Of a stretch of DNA of 64,000 nucleotides, positions 40,347-48,950 are shown piece by piece. Every line of letters starts with the position of its first letter. Within the stretch, counting starts at the first letter, position 1. Under the pieces are notes generated by a model, which saw only the letters and a program-made list of their open reading frames with translations, made no database searches and was not told where the DNA came from. Made by a program: the position numbers and the translations under genes. Source of the stretch: Candidatus Multivoradales bacterium (lineage in GTDB: Bacteria > Acidobacteriota > Thermoanaerobaculia > Multivoradales > Multivoraceae); the NCBI GenBank assembly GCA_965223325.1, contig CBDCWI010000002.1, positions 3,136,001 to 3,200,000 of the forward strand. The letters are read 5' to 3'.

Positions 40347-43300
40347 GTGGGGCCAGGCAAGAAGGGATCTACCTTGCGACTTGCCGTCCATGCCCGCGGC
40401 ATCCGCTTTGGATGTCTGGCCGCCACCTTTTTCTTTCTCCTCCTCGCCTCGAGCGCCGCCGGAGCGGTGCCGCCGGGGTTCGTCGACGACGTTTTCATTG
40501 CGGGCCTCGAAGGCCCCACGGATGTCGAGTTCGCGCCTGACGGGCGAATCTTCGTTGCCGAACAACGCGGGCGAATCCGCATCGTCGAGAACGGAGTTCT
40601 CCAGGCGCAACCCTTCGTCGACATCGGCGACCGGGTCAACAACATTTTCGACCGTGGCCTCCTGGGAATCGCGATCCACCCCGACTTTCCGGCCACTCCC
40701 TGGGTCTATGCGCTCTACACCTACGACCCCCCCGAGGCAGCGAGCGCCTCTGGCAACGGCGCCCGCGACCAGCCGGGGCAGCGCAGCTCGCGACTCGAAC
40801 GATTTGTTGCCGACCCGCAGACCGGCTGGAGCACCGCGACGTCGAGTGTCGGAACGGTGCTCGCCGGCACCAACAGCAACTGGCAAAACAACGGCGAGCC
40901 TGACGGCTTCGTCAACGACGTCAACGCGCCCTGGGCCTGCACGACCGGCGGCACACCTTTTGCCACCCCAATTCAGGATTGCATTCCTTCCGACTCGACG
41001 ACTCACTCGATCGGCACGGTGACCTTCGGGCCTGACGGCATGCTCTATTTCGGCTCCGGCGACGGCGCAAGCCCGGGACAGGTCGACGACCGTGCGATGC
41101 GTACCTTTGACCCAGACTCGATGACCGGCAAGATTTTCCGGATCGATCCCGTGACTGGACAGGGCCTGCCCGACAACCCGTGGTTCGACGGCGATCCAAG
41201 TCACAACCGCTCGAAGTTCATCTCGCGCGGCCTGCGCAATCCCTACCGCTTCGTGATCCATCCCCAGACGGCTGAGCCCTTTATCGGTGACGTCGGTTGG
41301 GCAACCTGGGAAGAGATCAACCAGGGCTGGGGAGTCAACTTCGGGTGGCCATGCTACGAAGGCGGCTCGGGGACGAACATTCGGCAGCCGGGTTATGAGG
41401 CCCTGCCGGAATGCCAGAGCTACTACCAGGACGAACAGGCCGGAATCGAGGCGACCCGGGCTCCGATCTGGGCATACGACCGCACCGGCGCCTCCGGCGC
41501 TGCCATGGCGAGCAGTTTCTACACCGGCACCGCCTTCCCGACCGACATGCACGGAGCCCTTCTGATCGCCGACTACACCCAGAACTGGATCAGGTACATC
41601 CCGTTCAGTTCCGGCCAACCACTCCTCAACCCCGACGGCACCGCGCAGGTCCGCGACTTCACCAACTCGGCCATCACCCCCGTCGACGTCGAGATGGGTC
41701 CGGACGAGAACCTCTACTACATCTCCTACTTTCAGAACCAGATCCGGCGCATCGCAATCGCCGGAGCCCTCGACGTGGAGTACCAGTACTTCGAAGGCGA
41801 CTGGAACGTGCTTCCCGACTTTTCGGCTCTGCCTCCGGTCTCGACCGGCAGCACGGCCAACTTCGATCTCTCACCGCGCCAACAAAACGACTTCTTCGGG
41901 TTCCGTTTCGACACCTGCGTGACCGTTCCCAACTCGGGCACCTGGCGCTTCTACACCCGCTCCGACGACGGCTCCAAGCTCTGGGTCAACGGCTCACTGG
42001 TCGTTGACAACGACGGCCTGCACGCGACGGTCGAAGAGTCCGGCTTCGTGACCTTGTCGGCCGGGATTCACACGGTGCGAGTCGACTTCTTCGACAAGAC
42101 CCAGGCCGAGTTCCTCGAAGTCGGCTGGGAAGGACCGGGGGTTTCTTCCCAGGCGATTCCCACCGGCGCCATCACCAGTTGCTCGGGAGAAAACCGCGCA
42201 CCCATCTTGACCGACCCGGGCGCCCAGACGACTTCGATCAACCAGAACGTTTCCCTCTTCGTCCAGGCGACAGACCCTGACGGCGACGCACTGACCTGGT
42301 CGGCCAACGGTCTACCTCCTGGGCTCGCGATCGACAGCTCGACCGGTGAGATCTTCGGTTCACCCACGGTGGCCGGCACGAGCGTCGCCGAGGTCACGGT
42401 CAGCGATGGTCTCCTGAGCGACTCGGTCGACATCCCGTGGAGCGTGGTGACCAACCGCGCTCCGACTGCCACGATCACACTCCCGAGCGGAGCGACGTTT
42501 GCGATCGGCGAGACGGTCGACTACGCCGGGTTCGGAAACGATCCGGATGAAGGGTCCCTACCCGGGTCGGCTCTTACCTGGGTCGCCACCCTCCACCACC
42601 TCGACCACACTCATCCTGCATTCACCGATTCTGGCTTCAGTGGCAGCTTTACCTACTCCGATCACGATGACGAGATCTTCTTCGAGCTTTGCCTCACGGC
42701 AACCGACTCGGAAGGGGCATCTGGTATCGACTGCGTCAACATTTTCCCGACCAAGGTCAACTATCAGTTCAGCAGCAGTCCTTCGGGAGTTTCGCTGAGC
42801 TACAACGGTGTCGCGCGCCCGGCACCCTTCTCGGTTCAGATTCCGGTTGGTGCACAGCGCAACCTCTCGGCTCCCCAGACTCACAACGGTCAGAACTTCA
42901 CCTCGTGGTCGAACGGCGGCCCACGCTCGCAGGTCTTGGCCATCGGCACCAGCGACCAGACCCTCCTGGCGACCTACGGAGGAGGCTCGGGCGACCCGAC
43001 CCACCTCCTGGTCACGACCTCCGGTGGCTATCGCCACTTGAAGCTGGGTCACTCGTCCGCCAGCGTCTGGTCGCCGAAGATCGATCCCACTGCGGGTGGC
43101 CAGACGCACCTCGAGATCGAGCTGCGCGACTTCGCCGGCAATGCCGACTGGCAGAAGCTGGTGATCGCACCGCAGGGAGTGGGCAGCAAAGGTGTCCGCC
43201 TGGGTGACTTCATCAGTGGCCAGCCCACCGGATGGTTCACCATCCAGATTCCGCTCTCCGCCTTTGCTTCCGATGCGTTCGACGGTGGAATCTCGCACCT

Positions 43301-44528
43301 GAGCGTGCCCTTCAGCGAGAACGCCGCATCGTTCGAGATCGGCTTTAGGAAGTTGGAGTTCACAGGCGGCGCCGCTTCCTTCCTCTGGTTCGGGGATCCC
43401 GGCAAGACCGACAACGCCTTCCAGGGCAGCGGTGCCGGCGGTGAACTCCTCGGCGAGATCGTCGCCGGCGGTGGCGGATCGAATACTGCCGCAGTCGTCG
43501 TGCAACCCACTGGCGGCAGTGTGATCAACAGCTCGTCGGTTGCCTTCTCCTGGAACGACACCGGTGCTAACTCCTACCGGCTACGCGTTGGCCCCGCCCC
43601 GGGTGTCTGGAGCTTCCATGACCAGAACCACGGAACGGCGACCGGGGCTACGGTGCATGGCATCCCACTCGACGGCCAGACGGTGCACGTCAGGCTGGAG
43701 AGCGTTTTCAGCACGGAGACGCTTTTCTTCGACACCTCTTACGCCACGACCAACACCAACCCACATCAGGCAGCCAGCCTCACGTCTCCCCCTCCGGGAT
43801 CGACCCTTGGCTCGACCAGTGCGACGTTCTCCTGGAACGACACCGGCGCGATCAGCTACCGCCTTCGCCTCGGACCGCAGGTCGGTCAATGGAGCTACCA
43901 CGACCAGAGCGTGGGAACCGCCACCAGCGTGATCGTCACGGGGCTTCCAGACGACGGCTCCACCATTCATGCGCGGCTCGAGAGCAGCTTCACAAACCCG
44001 ACGGAGACCCTTGCGCACAACGTGACGTACATCGCGCACAGCACCTCGACCGGTGACCCCACCACTTATCTGCGCATCACCAACCCCGGCGGCTATCGCC
44101 ACCTGAAGCTCGGCTTCGGAACCAGCCACATCTGGGCACCGCAGCTCTCACCGGCTACCGGCAACGACCAGCTGCGGCTGACCCTGCGCGACGCCGGGGG
44201 CGATCTCGATTGGAGCCGCCTGGACGTCGCGCCCGGAGGTGACACAACCAAGGCCGTGACACTAGGCGACTACGTCTCAGGCCAGCCGGCGGGCTGGTTC
44301 GAGGTGGTCATTCCACTAGGTGACTTTCCGGCGGGTGCCTGGGACCAGGTCACCCACATGAGCGTTCCGTTCAGTCGCGACGCCGCCGCCTATGAGCTGC
44401 ACGTGGGGCGGATCGAGTTTGCGGGCACGAACGACTTCGTCTGGTTCGGAGCACCCGAGAAGACCGACAATGCCTTCGAGGGCAACGGTGGCGGAGGGCA
44501 GCTCCAAGCCGAGCTCATCGAACCGTAG
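40347..44528 (+). CDS. PQQ-dependent sugar dehydrogenase (GSDH) multidomain protein with PA14, Ig and repeated C-terminal modules
   Basis: RGLLGIAIHPDF, GLRNPYRF, WEEIN..G.NFGWP; PA14 SDDGSKLWVNG..DNDGLH; He_PIG-like LPPGLAID; start uncertain. Confidence 0.85.
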   Translation: MGPGKKGSTLRLAVHARGIRFGCLAATFFFLLLASSAAGAVPPGFVDDVFIAGLEGPTDVEFAPDGRIFVAEQRGRIRIVENGVLQAQPFVDIGDRVNNIFDRGLLGIAIHPDFPATPWVYALYTYDPPEAASASGNGARDQPGQRSSRLERFVADPQTGWSTATSSVGTVLAGTNSNWQNNGEPDGFVNDVNAPWACTTGGTPFATPIQDCIPSDSTTHSIGTVTFGPDGMLYFGSGDGASPGQVDDRAMRTFDPDSMTGKIFRIDPVTGQGLPDNPWFDGDPSHNRSKFISRGLRNPYRFVIHPQTAEPFIGDVGWATWEEINQGWGVNFGWPCYEGGSGTNIRQPGYEALPECQSYYQDEQAGIEATRAPIWAYDRTGASGAAMASSFYTGTAFPTDMHGALLIADYTQNWIRYIPFSSGQPLLNPDGTAQVRDFTNSAITPVDVEMGPDENLYYISYFQNQIRRIAIAGALDVEYQYFEGDWNVLPDFSALPPVSTGSTANFDLSPRQQNDFFGFRFDTCVTVPNSGTWRFYTRSDDGSKLWVNGSLVVDNDGLHATVEESGFVTLSAGIHTVRVDFFDKTQAEFLEVGWEGPGVSSQAIPTGAITSCSGENRAPILTDPGAQTTSINQNVSLFVQATDPDGDALTWSANGLPPGLAIDSSTGEIFGSPTVAGTSVAEVTVSDGLLSDSVDIPWSVVTNRAPTATITLPSGATFAIGETVDYAGFGNDPDEGSLPGSALTWVATLHHLDHTHPAFTDSGFSGSFTYSDHDDEIFFELCLTATDSEGASGIDCVNIFPTKVNYQFSSSPSGVSLSYNGVARPAPFSVQIPVGAQRNLSAPQTHNGQNFTSWSNGGPRSQVLAIGTSDQTLLATYGGGSGDPTHLLVTTSGGYRHLKLGHSSASVWSPKIDPTAGGQTHLEIELRDFAGNADWQKLVIAPQGVGSKGVRLGDFISGQPTGWFTIQIPLSAFASDAFDGGISHLSVPFSENAASFEIGFRKLEFTGGAASFLWFGDPGKTDNAFQGSGAGGELLGEIVAGGGGSNTAAVVVQPTGGSVINSSSVAFSWNDTGANSYRLRVGPAPGVWSFHDQNHGTATGATVHGIPLDGQTVHVRLESVFSTETLFFDTSYATTNTNPHQAASLTSPPPGSTLGSTSATFSWNDTGAISYRLRLGPQVGQWSYHDQSVGTATSVIVTGLPDDGSTIHARLESSFTNPTETLAHNVTYIAHSTSTGDPTTYLRITNPGGYRHLKLGFGTSHIWAPQLSPATGNDQLRLTLRDAGGDLDWSRLDVAPGGDTTKAVTLGDYVSGQPAGWFEVVIPLGDFPAGAWDQVTHMSVPFSRDAAAYELHVGRIEFAGTNDFVWFGAPEKTDNAFEGNGGGGQLQAELIEP

Positions 44529-44612
44529 CGGTTCCGTTCGAAGCGCGGGGTATCAAAACGCGGCAGCCAGACGACTCGCCTTTCGGCCCCGTCCGACACC
44601 AGAACCCAGGCG

Positions 44613-44628
44613 TGTTACACTTGTGTAC
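44613..44628 (+). promoter_or_regulatory. extended -10 and palindromic operator of vapBC
   Basis: TG-T-TACACT 7 nt before ATG; overlaps the TACAC-TT-GTGTA palindrome. Confidence 0.6.
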
Positions 44629-44862
44629 ATGTCGACCACAATCACCATCCGTACCTCGGAAGAGCTGCGCGAGGCGCTGGAGAAGCAGGCCAAGGCCCGA
44701 AACAAGACGGCTTCAGAGCTGGCCCGCGAGATCCTCGCGCGTGGTCTCTGCGAACGGCCCATCTCCGAGCGCGCTGGGCATCTACGCGGGATTCTCGGCT
44801 TCGACCCGGAGGCATCTGATCCATGGCGTCGTGAGATTGAGCTTCGGAATCGACGCGATTGA
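44629..44862 (+). CDS. vapB: ribbon-helix-helix (CopG-like) antitoxin
   Basis: TITIR...L...A.....SELAREIL; 77 aa; overlaps the toxin start. Confidence 0.8.
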   Translation: MSTTITIRTSEELREALEKQAKARNKTASELAREILARGLCERPISERAGHLRGILGFDPEASDPWRREIELRNRRD

Positions 44863-45281
44863 GGGTGTGGCTCCTTGATACCGGACCGATCGTCGCGTAC
44901 CTCAACTTCCGAGACCCGGCCCACCAGATCGTCGGCGAGTGCCTTGACCCGTTCAGCGGACAGCTCATCACCACCGGCCCAGTGATCACCGAAGCGATGC
45001 ACTTTCTCTCCGCTACGCGACAAGGGCCCAACGCATTGGCGAACTTCATTGCGACCGCCAATGTAGAAGTCCGGGAGTCCAACGATCCCGGCGACATTCG
45101 AGCTGCGGTCGATCTCATGGCGAAGTACTCGGATACACCGATGGACTACGCCGACGCAACACTCGTCAGGCTTGCAGCGAACCTCGGGATCACCGAGATC
45201 CTCACCCTGGACCGCAGGGGTTTTCGGACATTTCGGGCCCATCGGAACCAACCGTTCGTTCTGGTGCTCGACGAGGAGTGA
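44859..45281 (+). CDS. vapC: PIN-domain toxin
   Basis: LLDTG, VITE, MDYADA, ILTLD acidic tetrad. Confidence 0.9.
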   Translation: MRVWLLDTGPIVAYLNFRDPAHQIVGECLDPFSGQLITTGPVITEAMHFLSATRQGPNALANFIATANVEVRESNDPGDIRAAVDLMAKYSDTPMDYADATLVRLAANLGITEILTLDRRGFRTFRAHRNQPFVLVLDEE

Positions 45282-45330
45282 GACCGCCTCTTCGGCCATG
45301 CTGCAGAAGACCTTCGTCTGCTTTCGTCCC

Positions 45331-47490
45331 TCAGGGGGGGCTGGCTCGCCGCTCGATCCATTCATCGCGCCGGTGCAGGACATAGGCCTTGAGGGCAGCA
45401 ACGTCTTCGGGCGACAGCACACCGTCGAAGGAGGGCATTCCGCGCTCGACGCGCCGGCCCTCGAGCAGGATGGCGTCGTAGTTGTCGAAGACCCGCTCAC
45501 TCGAGGCGCGCACGTCGGTGACGACATTGCCGCTGACGGCGCCGTAGCCGTGGCACCTCTGACAGTGCTGGCTGAAAAGCGATTCGCCCGAGGCAATGGC
45601 ATCCTCGCTGGAGTCGTGCTCGATGCGCTCGAGGCGAGTTTCCTTCGGCAGCTCGGGCTCCGGGCCGTCGAGTGACGCCCCCAGCGCGTAGACGAGCACC
45701 CGGCCCACGTTGCGTACTGCTTTGCGTTCGGTTCGCGAGCCGGCCATGCCGTAGGCGCCTCCCCAGCCCGAGAGCACCGCGATGTGTTGCTTGCCGCCGA
45801 TGGCAAAGGTGATCGGGGCGGCAATCACTCCGCTCCCGGTGTAGCTCTCCCACAGCTTCTCGCCCGTATCTGCCTTGTAGGCCGCCAGAATCCCCCAGGG
45901 CGTTCCTTGAAACACCAGGTTACCGGCGGTGGCGAGAACACCACCGCTCCACGGCATCTCGTACTCGGCGCGCCAGACTTCTTTCTGCTCCACCGGATCC
46001 CAGGCCAGGAGGTGCCCCGTCGGCAGCTGCTCCTTGAACTCTCGAGTGACGCCGGGGACCTTGTCGATCAGGCTCTCCGGTGTGAAGTCAGGCGGCGCCG
46101 GGATGGTCCCCGTGTTCCACTGCCCGGCGCGCGGCGTAAACCCTGGCGTCGGGCGGTAGAGCGCCGCCATTTCCATCGCTGGGATGTAGACCAACTGAGT
46201 CTCGGGGCTGTAGGCCATCGGGTGCCAGTTGTGACCCCCGAGTGGACCCGGGTGAATCGGAGCGGGCCCCTCCCGATACCTCGCTCCGGGTGTTTCTACC
46301 GGCCGGCCGGTCGCGAGATCGACATGCGTCGCCCAGGTCACTGGCACATAGTTCTCGGCGGAGATGAGTTCTCCGGTCTCCCGATCGAGCACGTAGAAGA
46401 ACCCGTTCTTGGGGGCCTGCATGAGCACCTTACGCTCGCGACCGTCGATGGTGAGCTCGGCGAGAACCATGGGCTGGGTCGCGGTGTAGTCCCAGGTCTC
46501 ACCGGGCGTCGTCTGGTAGTGCCAGACGTACTCGCCGGTGTCGGGCCTGAGCGCCACGATCGAAGACAAGAACAAGTTGTCGCCTCCGCCTGGACTCCGA
46601 ATGTCGCGGTTCCACGGCGAGCCGTTACCGACTCCGACGTAGAGCAGGTCGAGTTCGGGGTCGAAAACGAACGAATCCCAGGCGGTGCCACCGCCGCCGA
46701 CGATCCACCATTCGCCGGTCCAGGTCAGGGCGGCCATCTTCATGGCCTCGTTCTCGAAGCCGTCGGCTGGATTGCCCGGCACGGTGTAGAAGCGCCAGAC
46801 AAGCTCACCGGTCTCGGCGTCGTAGGCCGAAACGTAGCCCCGTACGCCGTACTCAGCCCCGCCGTTTCCGATGATCACTCGGCCCTTGACGACCCGCGGC
46901 GCTCCCGTAATCGTGTAGGGCCGTTCCTGGTCGACGGTCAGGGTCTCCCAGATCGGAGTCCCGGTCTCGGCGTCGAGCGCGATCAAACGCCCGTCGAGAG
47001 TGCCCACGATGACGCGGCCCTTGTAGATCGCCGCGCCACGGTTGACGACATCGCAACACGCTCTCTGAGCGTAGGACTTGGGAACCTCGGGATCGTAGCT
47101 CCACAATGGCTCACCCGACGCCACGTCGTAGGCCGCGACCCGGCTCCAGGTGGTCGTCGCGTACAAGACACCGTCGACAACCAGCGGCGTCGCTTCGAGC
47201 CCGCGCCGGGTCCCGGTTTCGAAGACCATCGCCAGCCCGAGCTGGTTGATGGTCTCGTCGTTGATCTCCTCGAGCGGGCTGAAGCGTTGCTCCTTGTAGG
47301 TGCGACCGTAGGAGAGCCAGTCGCCGGGGCGAGTGGCCGCGGCAACCAGCGCTCTATCGTCGACGGCATAGGCGGCGTGGGCGCGACGTGATGCCGTTTC
47401 CTCCACCCGGGCCAGCCCGCCTGTCGCTAGAGCCAGAAGCAGCACAACGAACGCAGTTGCCAGGAAGAACGAACTCGTAACTTTCGCCAT
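45331..47490 (-). CDS. PQQ/heme c quinohemoprotein alcohol dehydrogenase (type II)
   Basis: vicinal [20 protein letters not shown]-terminal CQRCH; ATG at 47490. Confidence 0.93.
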   Translation of the reverse strand: MAKVTSSFFLATAFVVLLLALATGGLARVEETASRRAHAAYAVDDRALVAAATRPGDWLSYGRTYKEQRFSPLEEINDETINQLGLAMVFETGTRRGLEATPLVVDGVLYATTTWSRVAAYDVASGEPLWSYDPEVPKSYAQRACCDVVNRGAAIYKGRVIVGTLDGRLIALDAETGTPIWETLTVDQERPYTITGAPRVVKGRVIIGNGGAEYGVRGYVSAYDAETGELVWRFYTVPGNPADGFENEAMKMAALTWTGEWWIVGGGGTAWDSFVFDPELDLLYVGVGNGSPWNRDIRSPGGGDNLFLSSIVALRPDTGEYVWHYQTTPGETWDYTATQPMVLAELTIDGRERKVLMQAPKNGFFYVLDRETGELISAENYVPVTWATHVDLATGRPVETPGARYREGPAPIHPGPLGGHNWHPMAYSPETQLVYIPAMEMAALYRPTPGFTPRAGQWNTGTIPAPPDFTPESLIDKVPGVTREFKEQLPTGHLLAWDPVEQKEVWRAEYEMPWSGGVLATAGNLVFQGTPWGILAAYKADTGEKLWESYTGSGVIAAPITFAIGGKQHIAVLSGWGGAYGMAGSRTERKAVRNVGRVLVYALGASLDGPEPELPKETRLERIEHDSSEDAIASGESLFSQHCQRCHGYGAVSGNVVTDVRASSERVFDNYDAILLEGRRVERGMPSFDGVLSPEDVAALKAYVLHRRDEWIERRASPP

Positions 47491-47504
47491 GCTGTTCACC
47501 GTTC

Positions 47505-48095
47505 TCAAGAGTTGGGCGACTCGTCCACTGCTTGTACGTCTGGGCGCCAGGTCGGCTCGGCAACTCCGGCATCGTGGTTGGCGTAGCGCGCCATGACGAA
47601 CAAGGCGTCGGAGAGCCGGTTGAGGTAACGCACGGTCTGCGAGTTGATGGCCACATCGCGCTGCAAGGTCACTACCCGACGCTCGGCACGACGACAAACA
47701 CAGCGCGCAACGTGTAGCTGCGCCGCACACGCGGAACCGCCGGGAAGGACGAAGTTGGCAAGCGGCTCGAGCTCCCCCTGGAGCTCGTCCATCCAAGCCT
47801 CGAGCCGCGCCACGTCTTTGCTGTCAACACACGGCAACGCCACGTCGCGGCGCTCTTCCTCGGGCATACAGAGATCAGCCCCAACGTCGAACAGTTCGTT
47901 CTGGATGCGCGTCAGCATGGGGACCAGGCGTTCCGGCAGGTCACCTGCCAACGCCACACCGATGGAACTGCTCAGCTCATCGACGGTGCCGTAGCTCTCG
48001 ACCCGCAGGTCGTCCTTGGGCACTCGTGTTCCAGTGCCCAGACCGGTGGTTCCGTCGTCACCGGTGCGGGTGTAGACGCGGGTGATCCTGGGCAT
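47505..48095 (-). CDS. PduO-type ATP:cob(I)alamin adenosyltransferase
   Basis: [38 protein letters not shown]. Confidence 0.92.
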   Translation of the reverse strand: MPRITRVYTRTGDDGTTGLGTGTRVPKDDLRVESYGTVDELSSSIGVALAGDLPERLVPMLTRIQNELFDVGADLCMPEEERRDVALPCVDSKDVARLEAWMDELQGELEPLANFVLPGGSACAAQLHVARCVCRRAERRVVTLQRDVAINSQTVRYLNRLSDALFVMARYANHDAGVAEPTWRPDVQAVDESPNS

Positions 48096-48125
48096 GAAAG
48101 TGGCCGAGCTTCTGAGGCCAGGAGA

Positions 48126-48704
48126 TCAGAAGTCGTCTTTGATCGCGCCTTCGACCGGGCTCGAGGCGTCATTGACGTAGACGCCACCGCTGAGCTCGTA
48201 GGCTTCTTCGGCCCGTTCGATCAGACGCTCCAGAGCTTCTTCGAAGTTCTCAGGTGCCATCTCCTCGTCGCAAAAGGCACAGCAGCTTTCCCAGTTGTAG
48301 CCATGACCCTCGACCTGCATGCGGCCACCGGGAGTGACCTCATCGGTGATGGGGCACCAGATGGTGCTCATGGCGAGCTTGAAGTTCTCCATCCAGCGAT
48401 GCTTCTCGGCCCTGGCCGCGTGTTCGGCCGGCTTGGCCATGAAGCGCTCCTTGGAGTCTGCAGCAGCGCCGCGGTACTTCACCTTTTCGTACTCCCAGGT
48501 AGCTCCATCGGCGGCCGAAGGTTCGAGGGTCACCGGATCGATATGCACCGACTCCAGGGTCTCGGGGATGTTGACCTTTGCAAGGTCGACCGCATCCGGC
48601 GGAAGCTGTGCGAGAAGAGAACCGGCCTGGGCAGCCAAGAGCACGGCGGCCGCTCCCAGGAGGGGTACGAAGCGCGGTTGGATCGAAAGGCGGCTGAGAA
48701 CCAT
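48126..48704 (-). CDS. secreted YHS/TRASH-like metal-binding protein
   Basis: IDPVT..EY..VKY...ERF..KP (Cys-less YHS-like unit) followed by CPI....CCAFC. Confidence 0.55.
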   Translation of the reverse strand: MVLSRLSIQPRFVPLLGAAAVLLAAQAGSLLAQLPPDAVDLAKVNIPETLESVHIDPVTLEPSAADGATWEYEKVKYRGAAADSKERFMAKPAEHAARAEKHRWMENFKLAMSTIWCPITDEVTPGGRMQVEGHGYNWESCCAFCDEEMAPENFEEALERLIERAEEAYELSGGVYVNDASSPVEGAIKDDF

Positions 48705-48950
48705 CGAGCGTCTCCTCGAAGTAGATAGCAGTCCGGTTCGGTTGAGACTGAAGGATCGGTACGGGCGGACCCCGACAGCCTTCGAACGGCGGAACTGGAG
48801 AATCGACGAACTTCCAGTATACCGGGTTCGAGGGCCCCGGCTCTGGCCGTCCCCTCGCAGAACTCCTGCACGTGGCGCACGCCCGAGACGCGGTGCTAAC
48901 GTCTTTGATCGCGCTGCTCCTACGACGCAAATCGGTACCAGTTCGCACCC

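Noticed and set aside
40326-41618. long antisense or alternative-frame ORFs (also 45784-47391, 12333-13517 and others)
   Set aside because: Expected by-products of high-GC codon bias opposite well-supported genes, with no motifs.
46470-46500. lanthanide-dependent ADH
   Set aside because: The active-site motif is D-Y-T, not the D-x-D of XoxF/ExaF/PedH, so it is most likely Ca-dependent.
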